Source of the DNA: Adineta vaga | Taxonomy: Eukaryota > Animalia > Rotifera | DNA length: 64,000 bases | Assembly: GCA_021613535.1 (NCBI GenBank) | Contig: CP075494.1 | Coordinates: forward strand, 7,130,001-7,194,000 | Direction of reading: 5' to 3' | Part shown: positions 41,901 through 54,666 of the stretch, in pieces | Layout of the letters: the number at the start of each line of letters is the position of its first letter | How positions within the stretch are numbered: position 1 is the first letter of the stretch | Notes under the pieces: model-generated | What the model saw: only the letters and a program-made list of their open reading frames with translations | Database searches by the model: none | Told to the model about the DNA's origin: nothing | Translations under genes and position numbers: made by a program

Positions 41901-44545
41901 ATCTGTTTAGTATTAATCAGAACAAAAGAAATCATAAGTATAGAGTCATTGGAGCTTTTCATCATGGTCACGATGTTTTTAAGTTCTTAGTTTAACATAC
42001 TGATGTTCTATTCTACGCAGCAAAAGAAAAGCTTTCCAAAGGAAAAAAGAATAAGAAAGAAAACAAATTTTTTTTTTCATAGATATTCATTTTCTATTGG
42101 AGGATCATTTAGTCGTTCTTTTCCGTAGAAGAAAAAATTTAAAAAGAAACCTACATGTTACAATGACCTTTCTATTGATGCTATAAAAAAAGTTTACTTT
42201 CATTCTTGCAGCAAACAAATCTTATCTATTTAGATAATATCGATACTAAAAATTCCACGAGTGATTCAACAACACATGAAGCATCCAATAATCTAATAGC
42301 ACGTACTCATCAGGCTAGTGTAAGTTATAATTCAAGTGTTTTCTTTTAATTTTTCGAATTATCTTTTGACTAGAATTCGGATCAACCTATATTAATCGAT
42401 GGTGACGACGATTCCAATCCAATAGATCATTCGGATACAATAAATAAATCGAATTCTGAAAGTGATATGCCTGAACGACGTCGTGACAGTTCAATAAAAA
42501 AGATTCTTTCGAATCAACCATTAGAAAAACAGGAATATGTTGGTAAGTATTCAAGCATCGTTCTTTTTTCTTCAAATAAAAAATGATTTAATTTTTTCAA
42601 GAAATTAACCAAAAAGTTCAAAATAGTGCTGTCGGAGCATCGAAAGTACATTCAAATAATAACGAACCGTCTGGTATTGAACGATCCAATAGTACCAATA
42701 CACGTAAAATAAATTTCATCTAAAGATGTTCTATCTATCATCTAATTCATTCGTAGGTACACGATCTCGTGGTTCCATTACAATGCGTATGTTAATGGGC
42801 TCGAGTGATATCTATGCTGATGGTAAAGCTCAACCTATGTCAACAAATGGTTAGAATAGAATTGAATTTTGAATAGAAATTTCGAAGTTTTTCTTTCTTT
42901 TCTTTTCAATAGAAGAACAAGCAAATAAACGTCCAGCATCGCCAGATGATAAATGTGAAAAAATTGATTATTTAATTCGTGGTGAACTTGATCGACCATG
43001 CCCAACATTAGTTAAACATGATGGTAAGTATTTCATGTACTCTAGGGACACTGCTTTATAAATAGCATTCTCTTAGAAAACGAAGGATAAAAGTTCGAAA
43101 GCTTGAGACAATCTCTATACTTATTAATAAAAGTAAATGTTTCTTAGACGGCAATTCAAATAATAATTATGACAAAAGCAAGGAAACTATTACATTGATG
43201 AATAACAGACACGACAAAGATTCTTTACAATATTGTCGTCGAGGGCACAGTGACATCTGTTTTTTTAATTAGTTTTTTTCTTATACAAAACGATATTTCA
43301 GCAAACATATATTTTGATCTTGCATGATTCGAAAATGTTTTTTTTGATTTTATCGAATGTATACACAAATAAACTATTTGTATAATTTAAAACAGAAGAA
43401 GTGAATGACATTTTTTTCTTTTAATCTTTAAGAAACATCACATATCTTTCAAAAGACATCCAGTTCTCATACTCAACCAAATTCATCCAAACGTTTACGG
43501 TATAAAATCAATTAATCAATCACCTATGATTACATATGTTTATAAATTATTTTTATTTTTCTAATAGAGCATCACCAGATGATGAAGAACCAAGTCAGTC
43601 ATCAACACATCCAACACCGGAACAAACACCAAACGTACGTGATCCATTTGCATTACAATCACATACAAAAGGTCAACATCATCCATTGACATCATCAACA
43701 GCTATCGATAAAAATTGGCAATCATATGCTCAACAACAACAACAACAACAATTTTATTTAACTAATCCTTATTCATCATCATTTTCAACACGATCATCAC
43801 GTCCAACAGGTTCCGTTACACAAGGTAGTCCTGTATCACCAACCTTGAGAACATCGACGGATCAACAACAATATCCTTCAGCAACAAATAATCAACTGCT
43901 TAATCCACGCTATTCACAATATATTAATAAAAGTAAACATTCAATCATTTCTAATAGATCATCATAGTTATTGATCGTAATCTAGATGAACAACTCTCAT
44001 CACCCTCACGACAATTATCGACATCACCAAATGATCAGTCATTAAAAACAAAATCTCCTCGAAAAGCAAATCAGGTAACTATTTGTATTATTCATATAAA
44101 TAAAGCATAGTTTGATCGATAAGATTCTTTCGAAATTCATAAGACAATCTAGTAAACAAAATCATCGTTTATTTAGAGCCCTTCCGGCTCAGCTGATGGT
44201 CAACAAGAATCATCCTTATCAACCGGTGATGAACAACCAACAATACCAAAAAGTCCACAACCTAATCTAACACCAACTTTACCAATGCCCAGCAGTACTC
44301 CACCAATGGTTGTATCACCAACAACTTCATCTTCATCAAATAGTGCACATTCATTGAAAAAACGTTTAATTAGTGAATATGAACTTGAACAACAACGAAA
44401 TTCACCAGTTATACCAACTGAAGAAATACCCAGTACTTCAACTGACAATATGCCAAAAACTGAAACAGAAACGGTTGTTCCAGAAGCTGAAGTAGCCAGT
44501 GAAGCGACTGCTAAACCAGCTAAACAATCTGAAAATTCTTCGTGA
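35957..44545 (+). CDS. NCOR: Nuclear receptor corepressor (NCoR/SMRT/SMRTER family), about 20 exons
   Basis: RRPSLL, QPQTEAISP, a coiled coil, FEKTFPEIRKARE, SANT1/DAD WTPEEKQVFIEKFTQAPKNFGYISSFLENKTTEQCVQFYYMTKK, SANT2 exon WTEAEIDAFTQALDKFNHDWPQIAEYV (~38865-39020), GSIMRGTP, LKADYLTS and polyQ tracts. Confidence 0.85.
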
Positions 44546-46533
44546 TTCATTTTTATTCTTTATTGTTGATTTTTTTTAAAGTATTTTTTGCTCAATTCAA
44601 CCGGTCGTTGTTGTTGATTTCTATTTAACATTGAAACAGTGAACAAAAAAGGACTTTCGTTGAAACGTCTCTTATGTACGTTACGATTCTGTACTAAAAA
44701 CATAAAAATGTGTGTGTTTTTCTTTTGTGTATATATATATCGAAATTTTTATTCTCCTATTCATGATATGGATGTATGTGTATGAGTTCTTTTTTTTTCT
44801 TTGTAAAATAAAACAAAAGCCGACTTTACTTTTTTCTTTGTTGTTATGATATTGTCGAGTTGTTTTGTCTCAATTTATTCCTTTCTAGTAGAGTTGATAT
44901 GTATAGAATTTGAACACACACATATACAGACATTTTTTTCTTTTTTTTTTCTTTGTTGTTATGATTTTCTTTCCGTGGTTTTCAACGCTTGTTGTTTTTA
45001 AGGAAAAAAAACACGTCTTTTTCTTTTCTTTTCTTTTCTTCTCCTGTATTGTTTGTTTGTCGATTTAACGTTCAAATAAAGGAAACTTTCGTATTTTAAT
45101 TGACACATTTTATCAAGTAGCTTTCATTGGTATTCGATTCACTTGTTCCTAGATTGTTGTCAGTCCATATTGTTCTGACTGTATTTCGATAACAATGGAA
45201 ATCTATGAAAATAATTTATAGTTAGAGTACATATGACAGTCATCATGATAAGAGTCCATTTGATGTTTTCGAATATTAAAATTAGCATTCTGTTTCATGC
45301 GAAAAAGATTATATTAATCCTTTACTGTGGCCCCCTCACTCTGACGGAGGTTTTTTAAACACTAAGAATGAAATCACCCCTGTCTTCCAATATGTCAAAA
45401 GTATAAGCAAATCAATGAAATGCTTTCGTCAATTTGACAGTAGTGTAGAAATTGTCAAATTTGTGCAACTTTTGCAACTATTAAATCTATACTACTGGTG
45501 TATCAGAAGTTTCATTCTCAAAAGAGAACAGCTGTGTTATATATTGGGAATGCCTCACTTCTTATAATCCATGAAGAGGTAGTTTACAGTTCCCACTGAT
45601 GAACTAGAACTAAACTTTGTCATCCACTATGCAATAGATTGCTGTTGTCTAAAAACTACATAAAACTACCTTAGCAGTGTCGCGTTACAGATCTATTCGA
45701 GGTACCTATATTGGAGGATTAAAATCAGGGAAAAAACAAGTATATGAGAGCGTCCTAGTGATGCCAGTGGCCGTCAAGCAAAAGGTAGACTATTGTATCT
45801 GAAATTATTGGAAGAATTGACTGAAAAATATAAAGTTGAAATTAAAGAATGATCGATTTTCATCTACAGAAACTACATGCTTTTTTCGTTATATCTTGGA
45901 TTAGATGTTCCATTTCTATTAATAAACAGAAGAAGAAGCATGATATTAACTTCATTGTATTTACTGTTATTTTCGGTATAAGTACCGTGTTGTTTATGTT
46001 CGTAAAGAACACAATTCTGGAAAAAATATTTCGTTTATTACTTAGATTAATTCTCAATAGTAACAATATCATAAAGACTCGCATTATGTTTCTTTATTAC
46101 CTGTGAAAATTATAAGAAAAAGTCACGCCGTTTGTTTTTGTTCTAATAATCAAAGTAAATGAGAATGATTTTCTATCTAGTCGAATGAAGAATTTGTTTT
46201 CTTTTCCAACAGTGATGACATTTGAAGGTTACCATAACAATATTTCATCATGAAGTGTCATGCGTAATGACGAAATATTTCCTACTGGTCGCATTTTATA
46301 CGAGAAGCTTGCTGCTTTTTGCCAACATATATCCTAGTCATGAAACAGACGAACTGAATCAGCTGTTGAAGAAAAACTTCCGAGGAAGTAATAGTTCCAG
46401 CTTCCAATGACATTTTTACTACCTAGGGCAATTTTTCTTAATCTTTTTTTGGTCTATAAATACTGTAGAATTAAATCTTCGCTATTCATTGTATATATTT
46501 CATCTATAATACTGAGCAACATACCAACATACT

Positions 46534-46971
46534 ATGGCTTTTCTTCAACGAAAACAAATTGGTATAGAATCAACAGGAACTAAAGTTTCAATACCTGAAA
46601 ATGATGTCGCAAAGCTTATGTACTATTTCAATTGTGTTTGTTATGTCATAGAATATGATGACACTGATATGCAGCGCTATCGTGATTTTAACAATTGGTA
46701 TTTATTATCTGCAAGAGAAGTACGTCTCTTGGTTGCTCTTTGTTATACTCTTAGTCCCGATGTATTCGATAACAAAGCGTTTTTTCGATCAGATGCTATG
46801 TCTGCTTCAGATGTAAACAAATTTTATAAAATCAACGAAGTCTCTCATCAAGTAATCGCTGCTAGTTCAATTGTTATAGCTGGTCGAACTCGAAAAGTAA
46901 ACAGAATCATGATGTATAAAATGTCTTGGATGCATCAGTACTATTTTGGTCCAATGCGACGACTCGCCTAA
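46534..46971 (+). CDS. Intronless 145 aa protein of unknown function
   Basis: Clean ORF with protein-like composition. TATA-like ctataaata at ~46455 and AATAAA at ~47054. Confidence 0.7.
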   Translation: MAFLQRKQIGIESTGTKVSIPENDVAKLMYYFNCVCYVIEYDDTDMQRYRDFNNWYLLSAREVRLLVALCYTLSPDVFDNKAFFRSDAMSASDVNKFYKINEVSHQVIAASSIVIAGRTRKVNRIMMYKMSWMHQYYFGPMRRLA

Positions 46972-47281
46972 CAATTTCTTCAGCACCAAACAAGACTTTG
47001 AATTTATTTCGGACTGTACAACGTCTTTTTTCTTCTTCTATATATGTGGAAAGAATAAACAAGGAAAGATAATCGTTCAATGTTTTTCTCATTGATGAAA
47101 TCATAAAAAGATTCATTGGATTTTGTTGTTTATATGCGGGTGTTTTTCTACCACTAATCAGCTTTACGATGATTTAACTAGATAACATCCTAGATTTATT
47201 TGTATGGACGATATTTTTATTGGGGAAAACAGGTTTTTTTGATAATCTTAAAAAATATTACAAAAAATGAACCTTATGAAC

Positions 47282-48336
47282 TTAATTATCCGAATTAATA
47301 ACAATTTGTTTGGTTCGACTAATTAGAAAATGAATAGTATCTGTATATGCTTGAATAACTTCAACTTTCCTAATAATACGATAATAATGCAATAGGGATC
47401 GTACTAATTCATCAAAGCATAAAACCGTGTATTCAAAACTATGTTTCTGCATCATATATTTCCATGCTAATTCGATATAAGTATCCTGAATACGTAATAT
47501 ACTTTTTGGGTCGATTAGAATCTTTGGTATATCATTATTAGTAAAAACTGTATAGTTGTCAATGGAAAAAAATGAAACAGTAATGATTAATTTGAGAAAT
47601 GTTATATCATCATCGAAATAATTAGTAATACATTTTAATGCTGTCCGAATATCTGTTTCAAAGAGGTGCTCACTTGTTTTATAAAATAATGTATCATCGA
47701 GTAATTTAGTTTTATATAAGACAACAATGGCTGTAAAACCTGCAACATATCTTATAGTTCGATGGCTAAGTATGGATCGGTCATGGGAACATAATGTACG
47801 ATAATCGACATTCTGTTCTAAAACTTGTTCAGTTTTAAGATAAATTGATGTGAAGAATTCATTGAGAGCAGTAGGTTTATATCGAAGTTTGACAGGAAGA
47901 GAATTTTGTTCTAAAACAAACTGTTGAACAACTGAAAATGGACCATAACGATCGAAGCAATGGATTAAATTCGAAATATGATTCGATTGATCAATGGAGA
48001 GATTTAAACGATCTGACTGTAAAATAGTCGATATTAGCATCTTGGATACTACAAGACAATCGTTCTTATATTTACACTTACCAAAATATTCACGGTTAGT
48101 ATCATCGACTGACTAGTTGTTTTATGCTGAGTTTTTAACATTTTCTTCGTCGGCATCGAGCATCGACTTTGTTCAATTTCTATTCCACTTGCAAAACATT
48201 TATTCAGTCGACAAGTAGAACATACTGTAACACGAAAGTATGAATGACTAGTTGGCAATTCACAAATTATGCATTTGCTGATTATTGTTTTTGAGTTCAA
48301 TATAGAAGATATTAAAGCATCTTCTTCACTACCCAT
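47282..48336 (-). CDS. Divergent nuclear hormone receptor with an internally deleted DNA-binding domain, 2 exons (possibly a pseudogene)
   Basis: Exon 1 CIICELPTSHSYFRVTVCSTCRLNKCFASG. A predicted intron at 48017-48081 joins NIL|SDRLNLSIDQSNHISNLIHCFD. LBD-like NVDYRTLCSHDRSIL, DITFLKLII and IQDTYIELAWKYM. Confidence 0.7.
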
Positions 48337-48719
48337 GTGTAGGTGATGGAATGTACACAAAATACCGTAGATAAGAACTTAGATTACAAATTTTTCGATC
48401 TTAATACGTATATTAAATGTAAGAAGACGGAGAAAGGAAAGAAAAATAAACATTTTAACCTTGTAGTCAAAAAAGTACGACGAAGAACGAAAGTTTTATC
48501 AAAGCAACGGACGACAATATTTGTGCTTTAGAGGAAAAGAAGAAAAGGACCCGTTGACCTAAATGGCATGATGAAATGGATGTGTGGATATTTTGTCTGT
48601 TGGATTTAAACAAATAAAATGAACGTTATGTTGAGGCAACAAGATAAGCTGCACCTGAGATGTAGAAGGTTACTAATTTCAAATTTCATCTATTTAATTC
48701 ATATATATTCTATGTTCTA

Positions 48720-49300
48720 ATTTGAAACGATTAACAATGATAATCTATCGCAGTATAACTGATTATGAAAATTATTTTCTTTCTGTTTTATCACAACGTT
48801 TATCAAATATCGAATATTTCACATTATTATTCGCTATTGAATTCGAAAGAAATGCACCCAGATATTTTATTAATGGATTTTATTTGGAAAAAGAAATCAT
48901 TTCATTTTCATTTTCATATTCATTCAATATTACCAAATATTTCTCATGTAGAAATTGATACAATTCGTCAAAGTTTTATGAAACAACAACAATCTATTGA
49001 TTGTGCAATCAATTATTTTGATAATAGCCATAGTCAATGTCAAATCTATTCGTTTCCATTTAAAGGTCCTTGTCTTGATTTTATTTCAAATCGATTTCCA
49101 CTCTTTGATACTAATGAAACATGTAAATAGAAATGACAACAAATAATCTGATTTTATTTGATATTCATTGGGGTTATATTGAACAATTACTTTGCCGAAG
49201 TCATCTTCCTTCCCGTTTTTGAACTTGCCATTGATAATAATATATTATTTTAATAATCGCTCAAAATCAACAACAAGTTAAAGATAATTGTTCTCGATTA
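48720..49300 (+). pseudogene. F-box/LRR-like family 3' fragment
   Basis: LSVLSQRLSNIEYFTL..FINGFYLEKEII, frameshifted into FHFHIHSIL..CAINYFDNSHSQCQIYSFPF. No 5' part is visible. Confidence 0.55.
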
Positions 49301-49639
49301 GGAATTCCATGAAGTTCAGGTCCATTTTTATCATTCAATATAACACGAAGAACACTTAGGTTTTATCAAGAGAGAATAAGTTGATTCTGCAGTGTTGAGA
49401 TCATAAAATCAATTTTTTCCCTTGTAACTAGCTAAAACGATAAGATAATAAAAGAGCAATAGATTGAATGGAAAATATCATTCTTCCTACCAACCTGTTC
49501 ATGTTATGATAATAAATAATGTGAAATAAATATATTTGTACGAATTGTTTAGCAGTTGATATGAATTACAATGTTGTATAAGCTAACATCACGTATTATG
49601 GTGGAAGAAGATGCTTGTATAAGTTCAATATCTATTGAT

Positions 49640-50025
49640 TTATCTTTTCACCAGTTTCAAGTATTAAATATGTCTATGATTGTTGGACAGTAAGACATAT
49701 GCGTATTTGTACAAGTCGACAGGATGATGATTTGATGTTGATGAAACTGATGTTCATTATGATGACATTATCTCTGATTTGCTTCATTTTGGATTTGTAT
49801 GATAATGATAATCTTTTCGTTAGAACATTTCATTTATTTGAAAGTTAAAATGCTTATGTTGAATTTTTATAGAACTTTATGATACAATACATCATCTAAG
49901 TAAACTTGTTAGTAGTATATTATTTAGATTTATTAAGTCAGTTTGCAACTGTTCATACATGCAATGAAGCTCATTAGAACGTTATCGATGATACTGCTAA
50001 GAAAATTCAAGAGAATCTTGTTTAA
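49640..50025 (+). pseudogene. Decayed nuclear receptor ligand-binding-domain fragment
   Basis: DDLMLMKLMFIMMTLSLICF..TFHLFES*NAYVEFL*NFMIQY..NEAH*NVIDDTAKKIQENLV* parallels the neighbouring NHR LBD (DITFLKLIITVSFFS..IQDTYIELAWKYMMQK). Confidence 0.5.
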
Positions 50026-50876
50026 AGTTAGAATGAATCGGTGTTAATATTGCAAACAAACAATGCTTGAAGAATTGTATTGCAGTCATTCAACTTACCA
50101 GTATCTTTGAAACAATAAGCTAAGAACAAATATTGATTATTTTTTTAATATTTCTCTTTTTACATAAAGATAATGTCTTATTTCTCGATTAATCATCCAT
50201 CTATGGAATGGAGCGGAAAGGTTAAAAGATATGGACCATATCTGAAACATTATTTATCGTAACGAATAACCTTCGATAAATCTTGGTATTTTCAAGGTTC
50301 CAATGCAATTAAAATTTAAGATCTGTTTCGTAACTTATGCAACTGTTACGAAAGAAGTTTTTTATGAATGATCGATAGATTCAACGAAAAAAATCGATCT
50401 CAATCATTCTTTGCATAGATATTTTAATGAAAGAAAATGTTCGTTGATATTACGAATGAAAATGTTCAATACGAGAAATTGCGAGAGCAAAAGAACATCG
50501 ATGATACAATCGATTATATTTCGAAGGTGACATAACCACAAAATTGATCAAATATGGTTGATATGAACTAATGTCACGCATGATTAGTTTTCTTATTATC
50601 CAATGTCCTCCTGTGGTACTCAAACCGTGAGAAGAAATATCTTTTTCTATGTGATTTTAGTGATATTTCTATCATTTATCTGAAATGATGAGAAAGTTTA
50701 TCAAGCGAACATCAACTCAACTAAGGCTATGCTTGAACAATTTTCTTTCTTTTTCTTGTCCTTGTTCGTCTCGAGAATGTAGAAACTCGGCCCAATAAAT
50801 AGTTCGTTGAAATTGTTTGTATGTAGTCATATTAATTCACTCGATATACTTTATACTCTCAACTTAAACAAGAAAT

Positions 50877-51149
50877 ATGTGGTCAAACGGTTACAATCTT
50901 TATCCAAACATGCCTCAACAAGATATGCAAGCAAACAACTGGCTTAATCAAAGTATGGCAGGTGGAATGAGTAGTAAGTTTAGGAATAATATGATTGATT
51001 TCAATTCTTTACTCATTTTTCTTTTAGATCCATTTGGTCTACGTTTTGATAATTATATGACTGGTGCTACAGCAAATCCATTTGCTGGTCAAAGCTTTCA
51101 AAATGCATATCAACCATATGGTAATTTCGGATATCAATTCCGAGGTTAA
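50877..51149 (+). CDS. Small (~72 aa) N/Q/G/Y/F-rich low-complexity protein, 2 exons
   Basis: GTAAGT donor at ~50974 and TTTTAG acceptor at ~51028. Removing this intron keeps the frame. TATA-like aataaatag upstream and AATAAA at ~51272. Confidence 0.65.
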   Translation: MWSNGYNLYPNMPQQDMQANNWLNQSMAGGMSSKFRNNMIDFNSLLIFLLDPFGLRFDNYMTGATANPFAGQSFQNAYQPYGNFGYQFRG

Positions 51150-51799
51150 ACATCACATCTGTTCAAAACAGGCAACAGCATCATCATAAACGAAACATTT
51201 TTTCTTCCTTTTTCTTTGTTTCTTAATTATTCTTACTATTCTAAACAAGCATTACAATTAATTGTAATGTAAATAAAAAAATTGATATCATCATAAAAAG
51301 AATTTTTATTTCATACCAATACTTCTTTGGAAATATCGTTGATATATTCGTTACATTTAGATATTTTTTTACCAAAGCTATTATGATCATTGATATCATG
51401 CTGAGAAATATATTCAAATAGTCGATTTCATCGTTAACAAATTTCTACTATATATAGATATCTATCTTTCCTTATCAATTGCATAATAACGATATTCTAT
51501 TTGTGTTACATCCATTTATAATAACTAGCAGAGCAAAAAGTTGTCACACTAAGAGAGGTCATTTACTATTTACTTGTATTCTACTCGTTAAATCGTTGTA
51601 CAGATCACAGAAATGAAGGATGTCAATTGCGTATGAAGATATTCTTCTGCCAAGATTTCAATCATTGTATACATTTCTCGCCTACTTATTACTTGAATGT
51701 ATAAAATCCAATCGAATCGAATCGAAAAGGAATTCATTCTACTAGATTTTGGAGCAGGTAAGAGAGAAAAGGTTTTCATGACACATGAATGAATAGTTT

Positions 51800-52310
51800 T
51801 GTTAAAAAGGATCCGGTAGACCATAATTAACTATTAGTAAATTTTTAAAAGCTCATCAAATTGATAATATTCATTTTCAAGGATTAGATTCATCATCTGG
51901 AATGATTACTTTAGCGAAACAACGTTTGAATAGCTTCAATATTGATTTAAATCATTCAAATAGTTTATAAAATTCTTACGATTTTACTTTTAGTTCACTA
52001 TTCAATTATTGGAAGAGTTTTTTCAACATTTGAATGCTAATGGATTATTAATAACATGTCATCGGTCAAATTCGAGCAGAGTTTCATTTTCATATGAAAA
52101 TGAACAATTGACACGAAAATTATTTGACGAACAACATTTTCTCGTCAAAAAATGGATATGTTCCAATTTGTCGAGTTGTACCATGGTTTAACAATGAAGA
52201 TCTTTATTCAAAAGCTGAAAATAAAACGAGAAGAATTCTACATGAGAATGATGTTATTGTAATAGTAGCAACAAACAAAAAAAACAGTTCATCTCGGTCT
52301 TGTCTTTGAT
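51800..52310 (+). pseudogene. Class I SAM-dependent methyltransferase relic
   Basis: GSGRP*LTISKFLKAHQIDNIHFQGLDSSSGMITLAKQRL (motif I and post-I) and FFQHLNANGLLI (motif IV/V-like), with stops and frameshifts. Confidence 0.5.
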
Positions 52311-52355
52311 TTCTAATACAAATGTATTGATCTATGGTGAAATGATACAGAATCA

Positions 52356-53067
52356 TCAACCACCTCTTCAATCCGTTTTCTTGAACTATTCTTCAAATGT
52401 AGTTAATTTGATTATTTTCTGTACATTTTTCCAATCAACATGTTCACCATAGAGACCATATATATCAAATAGATCATCTGGTACTTCTTTCGAAAATCTG
52501 CATAATACTTGACAAAATTCTTCTCAAGTTAACGGTTTTGAAATCGCTGGAATACCAGTTACTTTAGTAAACATTTTTGACATATCTTCAAATGGAATTT
52601 GTTCACCACGCACGAGATTTTCTAAGATTTATCGAACCCACATCTAATTTCGATACTTTAGTAAATTTTAGAATAATAGATTTATATAAATATTCAATAT
52701 ACTTGTCTTATAGGCACATGATTACAAGTTTTCATCACTAGTTTTAGTTGCACCTTCTTCGGCACTGAAAATATAATATGGAATTACAAGAAGAGCAACT
52801 ACATCAGCTATGACAATTCCATCATGTATTTCCACTTCTGGTTTATCGGGTTGTGCTCAAAAGTCTGTTAGAGCATAGACAGCTCACGAATCTTTGAATG
52901 CTCGTTTGACATCGTCACTCTTTGTTATAACACATTCTACTATTTTAATATTTTCATCTCACTGGTTGGATCACGTAATAATGCACGAATCTTCTGAAAA
53001 CAATAAGTAGACTTATATCTAATGCACCAGTAGCACCAACAATCGTCACTCGTTTATCAGGAGTCAT
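52356..53067 (-). pseudogene. NmrA-like (atypical SDR) pseudogene
   Basis: MTPDKRVTIVGATGA..RDPTS..DDVKRAFKDS*AVYALTDF*AQPDKPEVEIHDGIVIAD..RGEQIPFEDMSKMFTKVTGIPA..LTTFEE*FKKTD*RGG*. Not in the ORF track. Confidence 0.8.
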
Positions 53068-53130
53068 CGTTAATATATATTCAGTGAGGTAAAAGTTCTT
53101 CTATTAGATTTACATGCAATTTGATGTCAT

Positions 53131-54022
53131 TCATACTGTTATTGGTATTATGGGATTTGAATGAGCAAAAATAACTTTCTTAACGTATGCTTTAAATGAA
53201 TCAGTAAATTGAAATAATGCGATCATGACAAGAAGCATTGATGCATCGACAAATACAAAACCAATACGAAAATGATATTTCGGTGCCTGATTTGCAAATG
53301 ATAAAAAGATGAATAAACTCAAAGGAAATCCACTAACAAAGAGAATATTTATAAGGATACCGATTCGACGAACTATTTTTAAATCTCTTTGTGCTCGACT
53401 CAATGTATTCGCTGGTAACACGTTGATTCATTTGACGAACAAATTGAACAAGTTTCATATAAATAAATATAACTAAATGAACAGGAATTATATAGATAAA
53501 AACTGGCGCATATACAATAATCAACGATAAACGAAATGGTACTTGACAGATTTGATTATCAACATTATAGATTATTGTATTTGTAAATATGAATATAAGT
53601 GGAAGTATAAAAGCTAAAATCCATCCTAAACCAATGAGTAATATTTGTGCATGTACCGTTTGCCAAAATAATCGAGTAGGATAAACAATAGCTAGATATC
53701 GATGAATAGCTGATGATACATATGAATAATTATGTAAAGCACAGGTAGTATAGCTTAAAAACCCTATGATATAACAAAATGAATCTTCACTTAGTATTCT
53801 ATGAAGATCGTGATGTAATGTATATACAGCTATCGCACAATGAACACATCCGCATATCAATCCAGTCAAACAGATATTTGCTGTTAATAACATTGGAATT
53901 GTATGACATGTTGTATCCAAAATGATTATAAGTAGAAAAGTACTAGCAAATATAATGACGAGAATAAGACAAGCTATCGTAAGAATATCCAAAGGAATAA
54001 ACCATGATTCAAAACTTGTCAT
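53131..54022 (-). pseudogene. Rhodopsin-like 7TM GPCR (lineage-expanded type) with a single frameshift
   Basis: TM1-5 lie in ORF 53333-54085 (AIHRYLAIVYP, a DRY-like motif) and TM6-7 in ORF 53131-53421. The frameshift is at ~53417 (cgt gtt a cca gcg aat) and could be an assembly error. Confidence 0.7.
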
Positions 54023-54468
54023 TGTCAATCTTTCAACAAATAGTATCGACGTTGTGTCTAGTTCTGCGTTTATTTTTTGAAGCAAATGTACTTTTTTTTA
54101 AGATGGAAATCTTTGAAATGAACGCTAGAAGATGTGTTTACGGAAGAAAAAATATTTTCATTGCATTCTATAAATTTCATGTTGATGAGAGAAAAACACA
54201 AATGCACTTCATATTCAGTTTATAATTTGTCCTTTAAGGATAACGACAATGAAGGCAGTCAAAATAATATTTTATTTTCGAAAATTTCATGAATCAAGGG
54301 CCAATTGATAGTAATATTCTTTTATCTTTGATGGGAGGGCAAATAGTAGGTGTGAGCATCATGAGAATTCGATCATCTGTTTTCACTGAATTACATCAAT
54401 AAAAGTCGAATTAGAAAAAAAACATTATATCCATTTCAGTACCAAGAGGAACTTCTAATTCAAACAAT

Positions 54469-54666
54469 ATGTCTTCAACAAAATATATCCTCTTTACAGT
54501 TTTGGCTGTATTTATCATTAGCTGTTATGCTATGATGGTTCAAGGTAGTGCGATCGGTGAATCTCGTGTATCCTGTAATGGATTATTTGATAGACCATGC
54601 AAAGGAATGTGTATTTGTGGATTTGTTCCACCATGCTCATGTATGAGTGGTGGTATTGGTAAATAA
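54469..54666 (+). CDS. Small secreted 6-cysteine peptide precursor
   Basis: Hydrophobic signal peptide, mature region CNGLFDRPCKGMCICGFVPPCSC, C-terminal GK, and AATAAA downstream. Confidence 0.7.
   Translation: MSSTKYILFTVLAVFIISCYAMMVQGSAIGESRVSCNGLFDRPCKGMCICGFVPPCSCMSGGIGK

Noticed and set aside
45530-45750. Possible MORN-repeat relic (YIGN..GRGSLQFP; YIGGLKSGKKQVY)
   Set aside because: Too degenerate to support without a search.
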